Shown here in pieces: positions 27,852 through 37,288 of a stretch of 63,810 nucleotides of DNA (its first letter is position 1; every line of letters begins with the position of its first letter). The notes beneath the pieces were generated by a model. That model was given only the letters and a program-made list of their open reading frames with translations, was not told where the DNA came from and searched no databases. The translations under genes and the position numbers were made by a program. Source of the stretch: Eubacteriales bacterium (GTDB taxonomy: Bacteria; Bacillota; Clostridia; Oscillospirales; CAG-272); contig JAZRAF010000097.1 in assembly GCA_045634425.1 (NCBI GenBank), positions 1 to 63,810 of the forward strand, written 5' to 3'.

Positions 27852-29204
27852 TTATCGTGCCGAAGTTTTCAGCGTGTGCAGAAAAAAGGTTATTGCCAAA
27901 AGATCAGCCGCACCGCCGGGTGAAAGTCTTCGCTTTATAAACTCACGGTCCATCTCTGCGACACGGGATTTATCATAATCGACGGCAAGCAGCTTTTTTG
28001 CGTATGCCTTGGCGTAATCCGCGCCGTCATCTCCGCCTCTGTGGTAGACGTTTGTGTCCTCGATCGTAGCGATCAAGGATAACAGTGCACGTACTCCCGC
28101 ATCGTTCTCTGAAAGACCGTTCGTAAGCGCTGCCTCATACGTCGGAAGGGCAACTCCCATTACAGAGGGGAAGCCCGAAGCAACCTCACCACGGATCCCG
28201 GTGAGACCCTTTGAGATGTAAAGCCTTTCGCCGGCGGTATTTCCGCTCGCGGATTCAAGGTCGTTTAGGGAAGATTTGCGCACCAAATCAGCCGCCGTTT
28301 TGACAATCGAGGTAGCATCTGCAAACGGATTTTCAACAGTCCAAAGTCGGCCCGCCGCGCCAATCAAAACGCCGAGAGAGTATATAAGACCCTTGTGGGT
28401 GTTTACACCGTTTGTCGCCTCGTACATCGTCTTTTCTGCGACAAGTCCGGCTTCTCTAAGCCTTGAAAACGCTTCGTCAGCCGAGGCGTTTTTTGTTTGT
28501 ATTCCTATGCTGAAGCATTCGGCAAAATAGGGCCGGAGCGCGGCGGCACTTTTTCTGAACGTGGTAACGCTCATATCGGTGTGGCTGCCGTTGTTTTCAA
28601 GGTCTACAAGCCCGGGCTTGGGGGTTGTCTCAACTTCTTTAACAAGCGATTCTGCCGCGATTTTTCCTATATATTTGGCGTCTAATTCACCGAAATGCTC
28701 GGATATAATTTTTTTGGTAACTGCTGTGATTTCTTCTACGGGATGAAGCCGTCCTGCTGCACATTCGCGGCCGATTTTGCCGCATACAATGCAGGCTCTA
28801 GGGTTGCTTCTATCAAGCTTTTTGCCCTCCGAGTCGAGGACGTCCATATCAAACAAACGGCCAATGCGAGAGCCTTCCTCGATTGATATGCAAATGTCCT
28901 TTGCGCTTTTTGCATCGAGATCGACAGCGATAATCGCCAGCGGTCCGCAGTGGTCGGACTCTGTATACTTAGCCACGATTTTTTCTTCGGGAAGCGATCG
29001 CAAAAGCTCCAAAAGTCCGTATCTGTACGCGCGGTCAATGGCGGGCGAATTTTTGATCGGTCCTGCGATGTTCATCGTAAAAAAAATCAGAGTCGTTTTG
29101 TGAGTCGAAAGAAGCTTTCTTTGGAGCTCGTATCGCTTTTCTCGCGCGTCTAAAATCTCTGACAAAGTGACCTCGCGAACGCTCTTTATATCGTAAGACA
29201 TCAT
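27852..29204 (-). CDS. citXG: Bifunctional CitX-CitG (holo-ACP synthase plus triphosphoribosyl-dephospho-CoA synthase)
   Basis: 450 aa. The N-terminal half is CitX-like (LDAREKRYELQ, NIAGPIKNS, RIGRLFDMDVL, ACIVC...ECAAGRLH). The C-terminal half is CitG-like (TPKPGLVDLENNGSHTDM). Confidence 0.88.
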   Translation of the reverse strand: MMSYDIKSVREVTLSEILDAREKRYELQRKLLSTHKTTLIFFTMNIAGPIKNSPAIDRAYRYGLLELLRSLPEEKIVAKYTESDHCGPLAIIAVDLDAKSAKDICISIEEGSRIGRLFDMDVLDSEGKKLDRSNPRACIVCGKIGRECAAGRLHPVEEITAVTKKIISEHFGELDAKYIGKIAAESLVKEVETTPKPGLVDLENNGSHTDMSVTTFRKSAAALRPYFAECFSIGIQTKNASADEAFSRLREAGLVAEKTMYEATNGVNTHKGLIYSLGVLIGAAGRLWTVENPFADATSIVKTAADLVRKSSLNDLESASGNTAGERLYISKGLTGIRGEVASGFPSVMGVALPTYEAALTNGLSENDAGVRALLSLIATIEDTNVYHRGGDDGADYAKAYAKKLLAVDYDKSRVAEMDREFIKRRLSPGGAADLLAITFFLHTLKTSAR

Positions 29205-30145
29205 CCGATAATAAGGTCGGACTGCATCTTCTGCTGTGCGTCCAGCTTTTCGAGATTCTTTTCGGCATCCTTACCAACGCAACCGACAAGGAGATATTCG
29301 CCCGTCAGACGGTTGTATATAAAGTGATGCAAAAGGTGGAAGTTCTCGATCTGCTTAGTTCTTGATACGTGTATTCTCGGTCCTGTACAGTGGTGCTTCT
29401 CGCCACCTATCGATACGTGATGCGCATCGATGTATGTGATGGGAAGGTCGCTTTCTATCATTGCGTTGACCTTCTTTTCAAGCTCGACTATATCTAAATC
29501 GGGCTTCCTGTCGGGGAAGCTGATGATAAATCCGTGCTTTACGTCATCGTGACCGCATCTTGCAAGGTCTTCCTTAGGCATACAGAACTCGCAAAGATCC
29601 TCTGCAGTGTGCGCCATAAGTCTGTAGGGAAGCGAGGTGTACACGGTCTCGCGGATCTCTGCAGGTTCGGGGCCGAAGATCGTAGGACGGCAAACGAGTA
29701 TCTGCTCGCCTGCGCCGATAAGCAGGTTGGCGTTAAAGCCGAGCAGGGGATAAACGAGGTCGAAGTGCTCAACTATAACTCTCTTGCCATTCTTAAGCGC
29801 ATTGGTTATAGCATCCGCAAGCTCGCTCATCTGTGTAAACGCATTCTCAAAGCGGATATCTACGTGATATGTATGAGGTGTGAAAAAGCTGAATCCGTTG
29901 TCCTGGTCGAGCAGAGGAAGCGGACGTACGTAAACGCCGTCGTCATCGTTTGTAAGCTCAAGCCCGGGGAACATACCGCGTATAAGTGCGCTTTTTCCCG
30001 AGCCTGCCTCGCCGATAACGCCGATAAGCTTATCAAACGGGGACAAATAAAGCTGTGCAAGCTGCATTCCAAGCGCATACATTCGGTTGTGTCCGCGAGG
30101 TGCAAAGTAACTGCTTATAATATGACACTGCTGTCGGTCAAGCAT
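29201..30145 (-). CDS. Uncharacterised P-loop NTPase with a His/Cys-rich C-terminal domain
   Basis: 314 aa. Walker A GEAGSGKS and a candidate Walker B RVIVEHFD. The C-terminus carries CGHDDVKH, HHVSIGGEKHHCTGPRIHVSRT and HLLHH. Its stop overlaps the citXG start (ATGA). Its start is 10 nt after the citC stop, which sits inside the aggag RBS. Confidence 0.7.
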   Translation of the reverse strand: MLDRQQCHIISSYFAPRGHNRMYALGMQLAQLYLSPFDKLIGVIGEAGSGKSALIRGMFPGLELTNDDDGVYVRPLPLLDQDNGFSFFTPHTYHVDIRFENAFTQMSELADAITNALKNGKRVIVEHFDLVYPLLGFNANLLIGAGEQILVCRPTIFGPEPAEIRETVYTSLPYRLMAHTAEDLCEFCMPKEDLARCGHDDVKHGFIISFPDRKPDLDIVELEKKVNAMIESDLPITYIDAHHVSIGGEKHHCTGPRIHVSRTKQIENFHLLHHFIYNRLTGEYLLVGCVGKDAEKNLEKLDAQQKMQSDLIIG

Positions 30146-30155
30146 AATTTTTCTC

Positions 30156-31142
30156 CTAGATCAAGTTATTGTTTATCAAATATTCAAGCGTCGTTTGCGG
30201 CAAGAGCGCCTTCAAGGCTTCAATATTCTTGTTTGCTACGTGCTCACGTACAAGGCTTGCACTTATAGCTACGCCATCCGCCGTCGCACGCTCAACCTCA
30301 ACGAGGTCTATTCCTTTTTTGGGAAGATGCTCGGCAAGTGCGCGGTTGTATTTCTCGGTAAGAGGGGAATAAGGCTCAGTGCCCACGTAACGCGTTGTTA
30401 TCGAAAATGCGGGTGCGAAATATTTTGCGAAGATCTCTATATCAAAAAGGCACTGTATTTCGGTGGCGCTGTCGCGATCCTTTATGAAATACGTGGGGAA
30501 GGTCGCAGAAGAGATAAGGTACGGTCCCGTCTGAAGCACGCTGACGTTTTCGATGTGCTTTGTGCCGAGCTTTACCATCGCAAGGCGGTCCTTTGCGGAA
30601 AAGCGGCTCTTATCCTCGGATAAAACGAATACGTACACGTGGTCGCACTCGGCTGCTGCAGATTCGATAAGTGAAAGGTGACCGAGCGTAAAGGGGTTAC
30701 AATTCATAACCAAAGCGCCTATTTTGCCCGAGTGCTTATCTGCACCGAGTGAAGAAATAAATTCTTCAATGCCGTTTTGCTTGCTCTCCATAAGAAGCAC
30801 GTTTTTCGTCGAAGCGATGGGGTAGAAAAAGAGGGAAGAGAATATTCTCTCATTTTCGGGCTTCGTATACAAAAACAAATGCTTATATCCTTCGGAAAAG
30901 GCATCGCTTCTTAACGCGGATATAACCGTAGCAGTAAGGTCCTCGCCCTGTCTGTTCGCCTTTACCGCTATGTATTTGAATATGTTTTCACACCGTGATG
31001 CCGTGGCGATAAGCTCGTCACCGTCCCATACAAGCACCGTTTTATCAATCGGCTCGCCGACGGTAAGTCCCGAGTCTGAAAGCAGTGTCTCCCAGGCTGT
31101 AAGCTTCGCTCCGCGGAGCTTGGTTACGATTTCAACGTTCAT
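30156..31142 (-). CDS. citC: [Citrate/citramalate lyase ACP] acetate:SH-ACP ligase CitC
   Basis: 328 aa. N-terminal GNAT-like part and a nucleotidyltransferase core with VMNCNPFTLGHLSLIE. Confidence 0.88.
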   Translation of the reverse strand: MNVEIVTKLRGAKLTAWETLLSDSGLTVGEPIDKTVLVWDGDELIATASRCENIFKYIAVKANRQGEDLTATVISALRSDAFSEGYKHLFLYTKPENERIFSSLFFYPIASTKNVLLMESKQNGIEEFISSLGADKHSGKIGALVMNCNPFTLGHLSLIESAAAECDHVYVFVLSEDKSRFSAKDRLAMVKLGTKHIENVSVLQTGPYLISSATFPTYFIKDRDSATEIQCLFDIEIFAKYFAPAFSITTRYVGTEPYSPLTEKYNRALAEHLPKKGIDLVEVERATADGVAISASLVREHVANKNIEALKALLPQTTLEYLINNNLI

Positions 31143-31230
31143 TTTTACCCCTCAAAAATGGATTCCTGACATTATTATACAACATTATTTTCAATATGAA
31201 AAGATAGTTTCTTAAAAAACTAAAAAAATA

Positions 31231-31259
31231 TTGCTTTTTTCTTAAATATATTATATAAT
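31231..31259 (+). promoter_or_regulatory. Sigma-A-type promoter for citD-citE-citF-hydratase
   Basis: TTGCTT (31231-31236), 17-nt spacer, TATAAT (31254-31259), within the 164-bp AT-rich divergent region. Confidence 0.5.
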
Positions 31260-31306
31260 ATCCTTGTATGTAATTTTTAGATTTCCAGATGAATGGAGTT
31301 AAAAAG

Positions 31307-31573
31307 ATGAAGATTTTGAAATCTGCTACCGCGGGAACGATGGAGTCCAGCGATGCGTATGTAGAGATCGAGCCCGGCTGTGGCTCTCTTAACATCTGCA
31401 TTGAGTCGGTAGTTAAAAAGCAATTCGGTGAAAGAATCGAGTCCTCGGCTAAGGAAGTATTTGCTGAATACGGTATATCGGATGCCAACGTCAGAATAGT
31501 TGACAGAGGTGCTCTTGATTGCGTTATTCGCGCCAGAGTCGAAACCGCGATCCTTCGCGCAAAGGAGAACTGA
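31307..31573 (+). CDS. citD: Lyase acyl carrier protein (gamma subunit) CitD
   Basis: 88 aa. MKILKSATAGTMESSDAYVEIEP matches the CitD N-terminus, including the prosthetic-group Ser. The ORF opens at 31289, but ATG 31307 follows a ggag RBS. Confidence 0.88.
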   Translation: MKILKSATAGTMESSDAYVEIEPGCGSLNICIESVVKKQFGERIESSAKEVFAEYGISDANVRIVDRGALDCVIRARVETAILRAKEN

Positions 31574-31574
31574 T

Positions 31575-32459
31575 ATGAGAAGAAGTATGCTCTTTTTGCC
31601 CGGCAATAACCCGAATATGATAATAAACGCAGGTTGTCTTGGGGCAGACGCTGTAATTTTCGACCTTGAGGATGCTGTCGCTCCTGCCGAAAAGGACGCT
31701 GCAAGAATACTTGTAAGAAACACGCTTCGCCACTCCGACCTTTCGGGATGCGACGTTATCGTGCGTATCAACTCGGTCGATACCGACTTCTGGAGATCGG
31801 ATATTGATCTTATCCTTCCCGAGAAGCCTGATGTGATCCTGCTTCCCAAATCCTCGACTCCCGCTGACGTCCTTATGGCTGATGCTTATATGAGCCAGGT
31901 TGAAGCAAAGCTCGGTCTTGAAAACGGCACCGTGGCTCTTATGCCCCTTATCGAAACCGCACTCGGTGTTGAGAACGCTTTCGCTATCGCTTCCTCGACT
32001 AAGCGTATTTGCGCTCTTTTCCTTGGTGCAGAGGATCTGACTGCAGATCTGCGCTGCAAGCGCACAAAGGAAGGCCGTGAGATCGAATACGCCCGTCAAA
32101 GACTTGTCGTTGCGGCAAGAGCTGCCGGCGTTGAGGTATACGACACTCCCTTCACCGACGTTAACGACGACGAGGGAATAGTTACCGATGCAAAGCTTGC
32201 AAAGTCCTTTGGCTTTACCGGCAAGGCATCCATCTCCCCCAGACACGTAGACGTTATCAACGAGGTATTTTCTCCCACACTTGCCGAGATCGATTTTGCT
32301 TACGAGGTGCTCGAGGCAATTTCTCTTGCTAAAAAGCAGGGAAAGGGCGCTGTATCTCTTTATGGCAAGATGATCGATGCTCCCATCGTTGCACGCGCCG
32401 AGCAGACAATCGCTATGGCCGTAGCACTTGGACTTGACAGGAGGGATAGCGATGAATAA
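31575..32459 (+). CDS. citE: Citryl/citramalyl-ACP lyase beta subunit CitE
   Basis: 294 aa. MRRSMLFLPGNNPNMI...GADAVIFDLEDAV (HpcH/HpaI aldolase fold). The start is 1 nt after the citD stop. Confidence 0.9.
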   Translation: MRRSMLFLPGNNPNMIINAGCLGADAVIFDLEDAVAPAEKDAARILVRNTLRHSDLSGCDVIVRINSVDTDFWRSDIDLILPEKPDVILLPKSSTPADVLMADAYMSQVEAKLGLENGTVALMPLIETALGVENAFAIASSTKRICALFLGAEDLTADLRCKRTKEGREIEYARQRLVVAARAAGVEVYDTPFTDVNDDEGIVTDAKLAKSFGFTGKASISPRHVDVINEVFSPTLAEIDFAYEVLEAISLAKKQGKGAVSLYGKMIDAPIVARAEQTIAMAVALGLDRRDSDE

Positions 32460-33864
32460 GATAGTAAAGAGTATCCGTGAAGCGGTTGCACTTGCGGGTG
32501 TAAAGGACGGTATGACCGTTTCCTTCCACCACCATTTGAGAAACGGTGACTTCGTTCTCAATATGGTAATGCAGGAGATTGCAGACGCAGGTATCAAGGA
32601 TATCAACGTAAATGCAAGCTCGCTATTCGACGTGCACGCTCCGCTTATCAAGCATATTGAGAACGGTGTTGTTACAGGCGTTTCTGCTAATTACATATCC
32701 GCAGGCCTTGGACGAGCTTTCTCGCACGGCGTTCTTAAAAATCCCGTACAGTTTCGCACTCACGGCGGTCGCCCCGCCGCTATTTCAACCGGTAACGCAC
32801 CTATCGACGTTGCATTTATTGCCGCGCCCACCGCAGATACGATGGGTAACTGCTCGGGTAAGTACGGTAAAAGCGCCTGCGGTAGCCTTGGCTACGCATT
32901 TGCAGATGCGATGTATGCAAAGAAGGTAGTGGTTATAACCGATAACCTCGTTCCTTATCCCTTGCAGGACCCCTCGATTACCGAGGATTATATCGATTAC
33001 GTCGTTGCAGTTGATGCGATCGGCGATCCCAAGGGTATAGTTTCGGGAACTACACAGATTACCCGCGACCCCGTTGGTCTCGTAATGGCAGCCAACGCCG
33101 CAAAGGTCATTCAGGCATCCGGACTTCTTAAGGACGGCTTCTCCTTCCAGACGGGTGCAGGCGGTGCCTCGCTTGCGGCGGCAAAGTTCCTTAAGGATAT
33201 TATGCTCCGTGAGCAGATCCGCGGCAGCTTCGGCCTTGGCGGTATAACCGGTTATATGGTAGATATGCTTCAGGCGGGCTGCTTTGAGCGCCTTCTCGAC
33301 GTTCAGTGCTTCGACCTTAAGGCAGTTGAATCTATTCGCTCCGATCCCCGTCATATAGAAATATCCTCAATGAGATATGCATCCCCCGTTTCCAAGAGCG
33401 CGGCAGTTGATAGCCTTGACGTAGTTATCCTCGGTGCCACCGAGATCGACACCGACTTCAACGTCAACGTACACACCGACTCTAACGGCTATATTATGGG
33501 CGGCTCCGGCGGCCACAGGGATACCGCCGCAGGGGCAAAGCTTTCTATGATAATCGCACCTATGTTCCGTGCAAGACTTCCCATAGTAACCGACAGAGTT
33601 ACCTGTATTTCCACCCCCGGCAAGGACATCGACGTTCTCGTTACTCAGGGCGGTATCGCAGTAAATCCTGCAAAGCAGGATCTTAAGGCTCGTCTTAAGG
33701 ATGCAGGACTTCCCGTTGTCGATATCGAGGAGCTTAAGGCAAAGACCGAAAAGATCACAGGCACCCCCGCAAAGCTTCCTAAGGGAGATAGGGTAGTGGC
33801 TGAGGTAATCGGCAGAAACGGCAACATTTCCGATCTTATATACAACGTACCGCTTGAAAAATAA
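32452..33864 (+). CDS. citF: Citrate/citramalate CoA(ACP)-transferase alpha subunit CitF
   Basis: 470 aa. SFHHHLRNGD motif. ggaggg RBS. 8-nt overlap with citE. Confidence 0.9.
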   Translation: MNKIVKSIREAVALAGVKDGMTVSFHHHLRNGDFVLNMVMQEIADAGIKDINVNASSLFDVHAPLIKHIENGVVTGVSANYISAGLGRAFSHGVLKNPVQFRTHGGRPAAISTGNAPIDVAFIAAPTADTMGNCSGKYGKSACGSLGYAFADAMYAKKVVVITDNLVPYPLQDPSITEDYIDYVVAVDAIGDPKGIVSGTTQITRDPVGLVMAANAAKVIQASGLLKDGFSFQTGAGGASLAAAKFLKDIMLREQIRGSFGLGGITGYMVDMLQAGCFERLLDVQCFDLKAVESIRSDPRHIEISSMRYASPVSKSAAVDSLDVVILGATEIDTDFNVNVHTDSNGYIMGGSGGHRDTAAGAKLSMIIAPMFRARLPIVTDRVTCISTPGKDIDVLVTQGGIAVNPAKQDLKARLKDAGLPVVDIEELKAKTEKITGTPAKLPKGDRVVAEVIGRNGNISDLIYNVPLEK

Positions 33865-33879
33865 TTAAGGAGAATATAA

Positions 33880-34719
33880 ATGAGAGAAATAAACGCAGCA
33901 CTTATCACAGAAACCGTAAAAAGACTGTGCATTGAGTCCAACTGTCATCTTTCCAAGGACATTAAGGAAAGAATCACCGATTTTTGCGAGAAGGAGACCT
34001 GGCCTCAGGCTAAGGAGATCCTCGAGCGTATTATCGAAAACTATAACATCGCCGATGAGAAGGATCAGCCCGTCTGCCAGGATACCGGCGTTGCTTGCGT
34101 ATTCCTTAAGGTAGGTCAGGAGGTCCACGTAAACGGCGATATCAACGAAGCCATCAACGAGGGCGTACGCCAGGGCTATACCGAGGGCTTCCTTCGTAAG
34201 AGCGTTGTTCGCGACCCCCTTGACAGAGTAAACACCGGCGACAACACCCCCGCTATGATCTATTACGAGCTTGTTCCCGGTGATAAGATCGAGATCACCG
34301 TAGCACCTAAGGGCTTTGGCAGTGAGAATATGAGTAAGATCGCTATGCTTCGTCCCTCCGACGGACTCGAGGGCGTTAAGAACTTCGTTCGCCGCGCAGT
34401 TGAGGAAGCAGGCCCCAACCCCTGTCCTCCTATCGTTGTTGGCGTAGGTATCGGCGGTACCTTTGATAAGGCTGCTTACCTTGCGAAAAAGGCGCTTCTT
34501 CGCCCTGTTGATGAAAGAAATGCCGATCCCTTCTATGCAAACCTTGAAGAGGTTCTTCTTGAAGAGGTTAACAGCCTCGGCATCGGCCCTCAGGGCTTCG
34601 GCGGTAAGACCACCGCGCTTGCAGTTAACATCGAGAAATTTCCTACCCACATCGCAGGTCTGCCCGTAGCAGTAAACATCAACTGCCACGTTACCAGACA
34701 CAAATCGGAGGTGCTCTAA
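33880..34719 (+). CDS. Fe-S hydro-lyase, tartrate/fumarate family, alpha subunit (class I fumarase N-terminal type; probable mesaconase)
   Basis: 279 aa. CQDTGVA motif, GIGGTFD, typical FumA/TtdA alpha subunit. Confidence 0.88.
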   Translation: MREINAALITETVKRLCIESNCHLSKDIKERITDFCEKETWPQAKEILERIIENYNIADEKDQPVCQDTGVACVFLKVGQEVHVNGDINEAINEGVRQGYTEGFLRKSVVRDPLDRVNTGDNTPAMIYYELVPGDKIEITVAPKGFGSENMSKIAMLRPSDGLEGVKNFVRRAVEEAGPNPCPPIVVGVGIGGTFDKAAYLAKKALLRPVDERNADPFYANLEEVLLEEVNSLGIGPQGFGGKTTALAVNIEKFPTHIAGLPVAVNINCHVTRHKSEVL

Positions 34720-35276
34720 TGGCTATTTCAATCAAAACTCCCATTTCCCGTGAGGACGTAAGAAAGCTTAAGGCCGGCGACAGCTGCCTTATTTCGGGTG
34801 TTATTTACACAGCAAGAGATGCCGCGCACAAGAGACTTTGTGAGCTCGTAGCAGCAGGCAAGGAGCTCCCCTTTGACGTCAAGGATAGCGTTATCTACTT
34901 CGTAGGCCCCACTCCCGCAAAGCCCGGACAGGCTATCGGTTCTGCAGGCCCCACCACATCTTACCGCATGGATGCATACAGCCCCACAATGATCGCACAG
35001 GGCCAGACAGGCATGATCGGTAAGGGTAAGCGCGGTCCTGAGGTTATCGAGGCTATGAAGAAGCACGGCGCAGTTTACTTTGGTGCTATCGGCGGTTGCG
35101 GCGCGCTTCTCAGCAAGTGCATCAAGAAGGCTGAGATCGTAGCATACGAGGACCTTGGCGCTGAGGCTATCAGACGCCTTGAGGTTGAGGATTTTCCTGT
35201 AATCGTTATCATCGATAGCGAGGGAAATAACCTCTACGAGAGCGGTAGAGCGGCATACCTTGCAGAGCAGGAATAA
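34719..35276 (+). CDS. Fe-S hydro-lyase, tartrate/fumarate family, beta subunit
   Basis: 185 aa. GVIYTARDAAHKRL, GPTTSYRMD and MIGKGKR motifs. TAATG junction with the alpha subunit gene. Confidence 0.88.
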   Translation: MAISIKTPISREDVRKLKAGDSCLISGVIYTARDAAHKRLCELVAAGKELPFDVKDSVIYFVGPTPAKPGQAIGSAGPTTSYRMDAYSPTMIAQGQTGMIGKGKRGPEVIEAMKKHGAVYFGAIGGCGALLSKCIKKAEIVAYEDLGAEAIRRLEVEDFPVIVIIDSEGNNLYESGRAAYLAEQE

Positions 35277-35296
35277 TACATATATCGTGTTTTTTT

Positions 35297-35333
35297 GGCA
35301 CGGGTCAGGTATTCTGATCCGTGCCTTGATTTT
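35297..35333 (+). terminator. Terminator after the hydratase genes
   Basis: Interrupted stem ggcacgg-tcag/ctga-ccgtgcc followed by a TTGATTTT tail. Confidence 0.6.
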
Positions 35334-35389
35334 CGTCCGTCATAAGTGCTATTAGCTTAAAATAAGATTAAATATTTCTTAAATTTCTA

Positions 35390-35418
35390 TTGACAACCGA
35401 TATATAATAATATATTAT
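35390..35418 (+). promoter_or_regulatory. Sigma-A-type promoter for glmS-glmL-glmE-mal
   Basis: TTGACA (35390-35395), 17-nt spacer, TATTAT (35413-35418). Confidence 0.5.
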
Positions 35419-35465
35419 ATATTTGTGTAATAATCGCATTTTTGTGCGATGATATGAGGTGCTAT

Positions 35466-35897
35466 ATGAACAATAGAGAGAAAAAGGTGTTGATCATCGG
35501 CGTTATCGGCGCTGACGTTCACGCAGTAGGAAACAAGATACTTTACCACGCATTCACCGAAGCTGGCTTTGAGGTTGTAAACCTTGGCGTTATGGTATCC
35601 CAGGAGGAGTATATCGCTGCCGCTATCGAGTCTAATGCTGATGCAATCGTTGTTTCCTCACTTTACGGTCAGGGCGAGCTTGACTGCAGAGGAATGAGAG
35701 AAAAATGCGACGAGGCGGGCCTTATGGGGATTCCGCTTGTAGTCGGTGGAAATATCGTTATCGGTAAGCAAAAGTTTGAAGAGGTTGAGGAGCGCTTTAA
35801 GGCTATGGGCTTTGACAGAGCATTTCCTCCCGGCACAACTCCTGAAACGACCATTGAGGCACTTCGCGAGCTTCTTGGCGTAAAGGAAGAAAAATAA
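35466..35897 (+). CDS. glmS: Glutamate mutase sigma (B12-binding) subunit GlmS/MutS
   Basis: 143 aa. Near-collinear with clostridial GlmS: [19 protein letters not shown] (DxHxxG), [37 protein letters not shown]. gaggtg RBS. Confidence 0.93.
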   Translation: MNNREKKVLIIGVIGADVHAVGNKILYHAFTEAGFEVVNLGVMVSQEEYIAAAIESNADAIVVSSLYGQGELDCRGMREKCDEAGLMGIPLVVGGNIVIGKQKFEEVEERFKAMGFDRAFPPGTTPETTIEALRELLGVKEEK

Positions 35898-37288
35898 TGA
35901 AAAATATTCTGTTGATCGATTTCGGCAGTACCTATACCAAGCTTACTGCGGTAGATATCGACTCGGAAACTATCCTCGGAACTGCATCGTCATACACGAC
36001 CGTGGAAACCGACATTAACGATGGTCTTAAAGCCGGACTTGAGCTGCTTGAAAAGAAAACAGGGAAGCTTGAGTTTGCAGACTGCTATGCGTGCTCGTCT
36101 GCCGCAGGCGGCCTCAGAATGGTAACAAGCGGCCTTGTCCCCGAGCTGACAAGCGAGGCGGCAAAGCTTGCAAGCCTTGGCGCAGGTGCAAAGACGGTTG
36201 GAATTTACTCCTTCCAGATCACCGAGGATGACGTTGAGGAAATCCGTTCGCTTAAGCCGGATATATTCCTTTTGGTTGGCGGCACGGACGGCGGTAATAC
36301 CGAGTGCATACTTCACAATGCAAAAATGCTTGCGGGTATGAAGCCGGATTTTCCCATCGTTATTGCGGGCAACCGTACTGCGGCAAGGGAATGTGAGCGC
36401 ATTCTTGAGGGATGTGAGGTCCACGTATGCCCCAACGTAATGCCGAAATTCGGCGTGCTTAACATCGAGCCCACACAGCAGAAGATACGCGAGATCTTCC
36501 TTGAGCGCATCGTAAGCGCAAAGGGATTAAGCCGCGCGTCCGAATTGCTCTCAGACATTATGATGCCTACGCCGGCTGCCGTTTTAAAGGCGATGCAGCT
36601 GCTTGCTGACGGATATAATGACGAGCTTGGAATCGGTAATCTCGTGGCAGTCGACGTCGGCGGTGCAACCACTGACGTGTATTCGATCGCTGACGGAATG
36701 CCGGAGCAGATGAATACGGTGTTCAAGGGGCTTCCCGAACCCTATGCCAAGAGAACGGTTGAGGGCGATATAGGAATGCGATACAGCATCGGTGGTATAG
36801 TTGATGCCGCAGGCGTTGGCAGAATTTCGAGCCTTTCTGGCTTGTCTGCAGATCGCGTGAATTCCTTGGTCGATGAGCTCAGATCCAATACGGACAAGGT
36901 TCCGAACGGGGATGCCGAGCTTGAAGCTCTCGATTTTGCGCTTGCATCGGCTGCTATTGACGAGGCGGTGACTCGCCACGCGGGCACTATTTCAGAAACC
37001 TATACAATGATGGGTCTTACCTACGTTCAGGAGGGAAAGAACCTCACGAGCGTAAAGAACATCGTTGTCACAGGCGGTAGCCTTATACATACCAAAAGAA
37101 CTGAGGAGATAGCGGCATTCGCCCTCTATTCTCCCACTCACCCACAGTCGCTTCGCCCCAAAAAGGCAACGGTTTGGGTGGACAGAACCTACATACTCGC
37201 CGCAATGGGACTTTTGTCGTCCTACTATCCCGAAGCGGCTCTCAGAATAATGAAAAAGGAGCTCCAGTGTTATGGACATTCAGAATAA
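35897..37288 (+). CDS. glmL: Glutamate mutase accessory/reactivase protein GlmL/MutL
   Basis: 463 aa. [20 protein letters not shown] (ASKHA-type ATPase). It lies between the two mutase subunit genes, as in Clostridium. Confidence 0.88.
   Translation: MKNILLIDFGSTYTKLTAVDIDSETILGTASSYTTVETDINDGLKAGLELLEKKTGKLEFADCYACSSAAGGLRMVTSGLVPELTSEAAKLASLGAGAKTVGIYSFQITEDDVEEIRSLKPDIFLLVGGTDGGNTECILHNAKMLAGMKPDFPIVIAGNRTAARECERILEGCEVHVCPNVMPKFGVLNIEPTQQKIREIFLERIVSAKGLSRASELLSDIMMPTPAAVLKAMQLLADGYNDELGIGNLVAVDVGGATTDVYSIADGMPEQMNTVFKGLPEPYAKRTVEGDIGMRYSIGGIVDAAGVGRISSLSGLSADRVNSLVDELRSNTDKVPNGDAELEALDFALASAAIDEAVTRHAGTISETYTMMGLTYVQEGKNLTSVKNIVVTGGSLIHTKRTEEIAAFALYSPTHPQSLRPKKATVWVDRTYILAAMGLLSSYYPEAALRIMKKELQCYGHSE

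Noticed and set aside
31500-31574. Upstream in-frame extensions reported by the ORF track for citE (31500), citF (32428), citD (31289), glmS (35442), ackA (43597), coaE (46092), prfA (48183), nusB (1228), tmcAL (43547) and rarA (59267).
   Set aside because: In each case an internal ATG is preceded by a good Shine-Dalgarno sequence. It also gives the N-terminus typical of the family. The extensions overlap upstream genes or lack an RBS.
27852-33864. Taking the cit genes at face value as a citrate-fermentation locus.
   Set aside because: This is not fully excluded. However, no citrate transporter, oxaloacetate decarboxylase or citrate sensor is present. The genes are physically joined to mesaconase-like and glutamate mutase/methylaspartase genes. 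Citramalate lyase is therefore the better reading (see findings).
35334-35465. A possible cobalamin riboswitch in front of the B12-dependent glutamate mutase operon.
   Set aside because: The leader between the predicted -10 (35413-35418) and the start codon is under 50 nt. It is AT-rich and has no B12-box-like GC-rich core or multi-stem structure.
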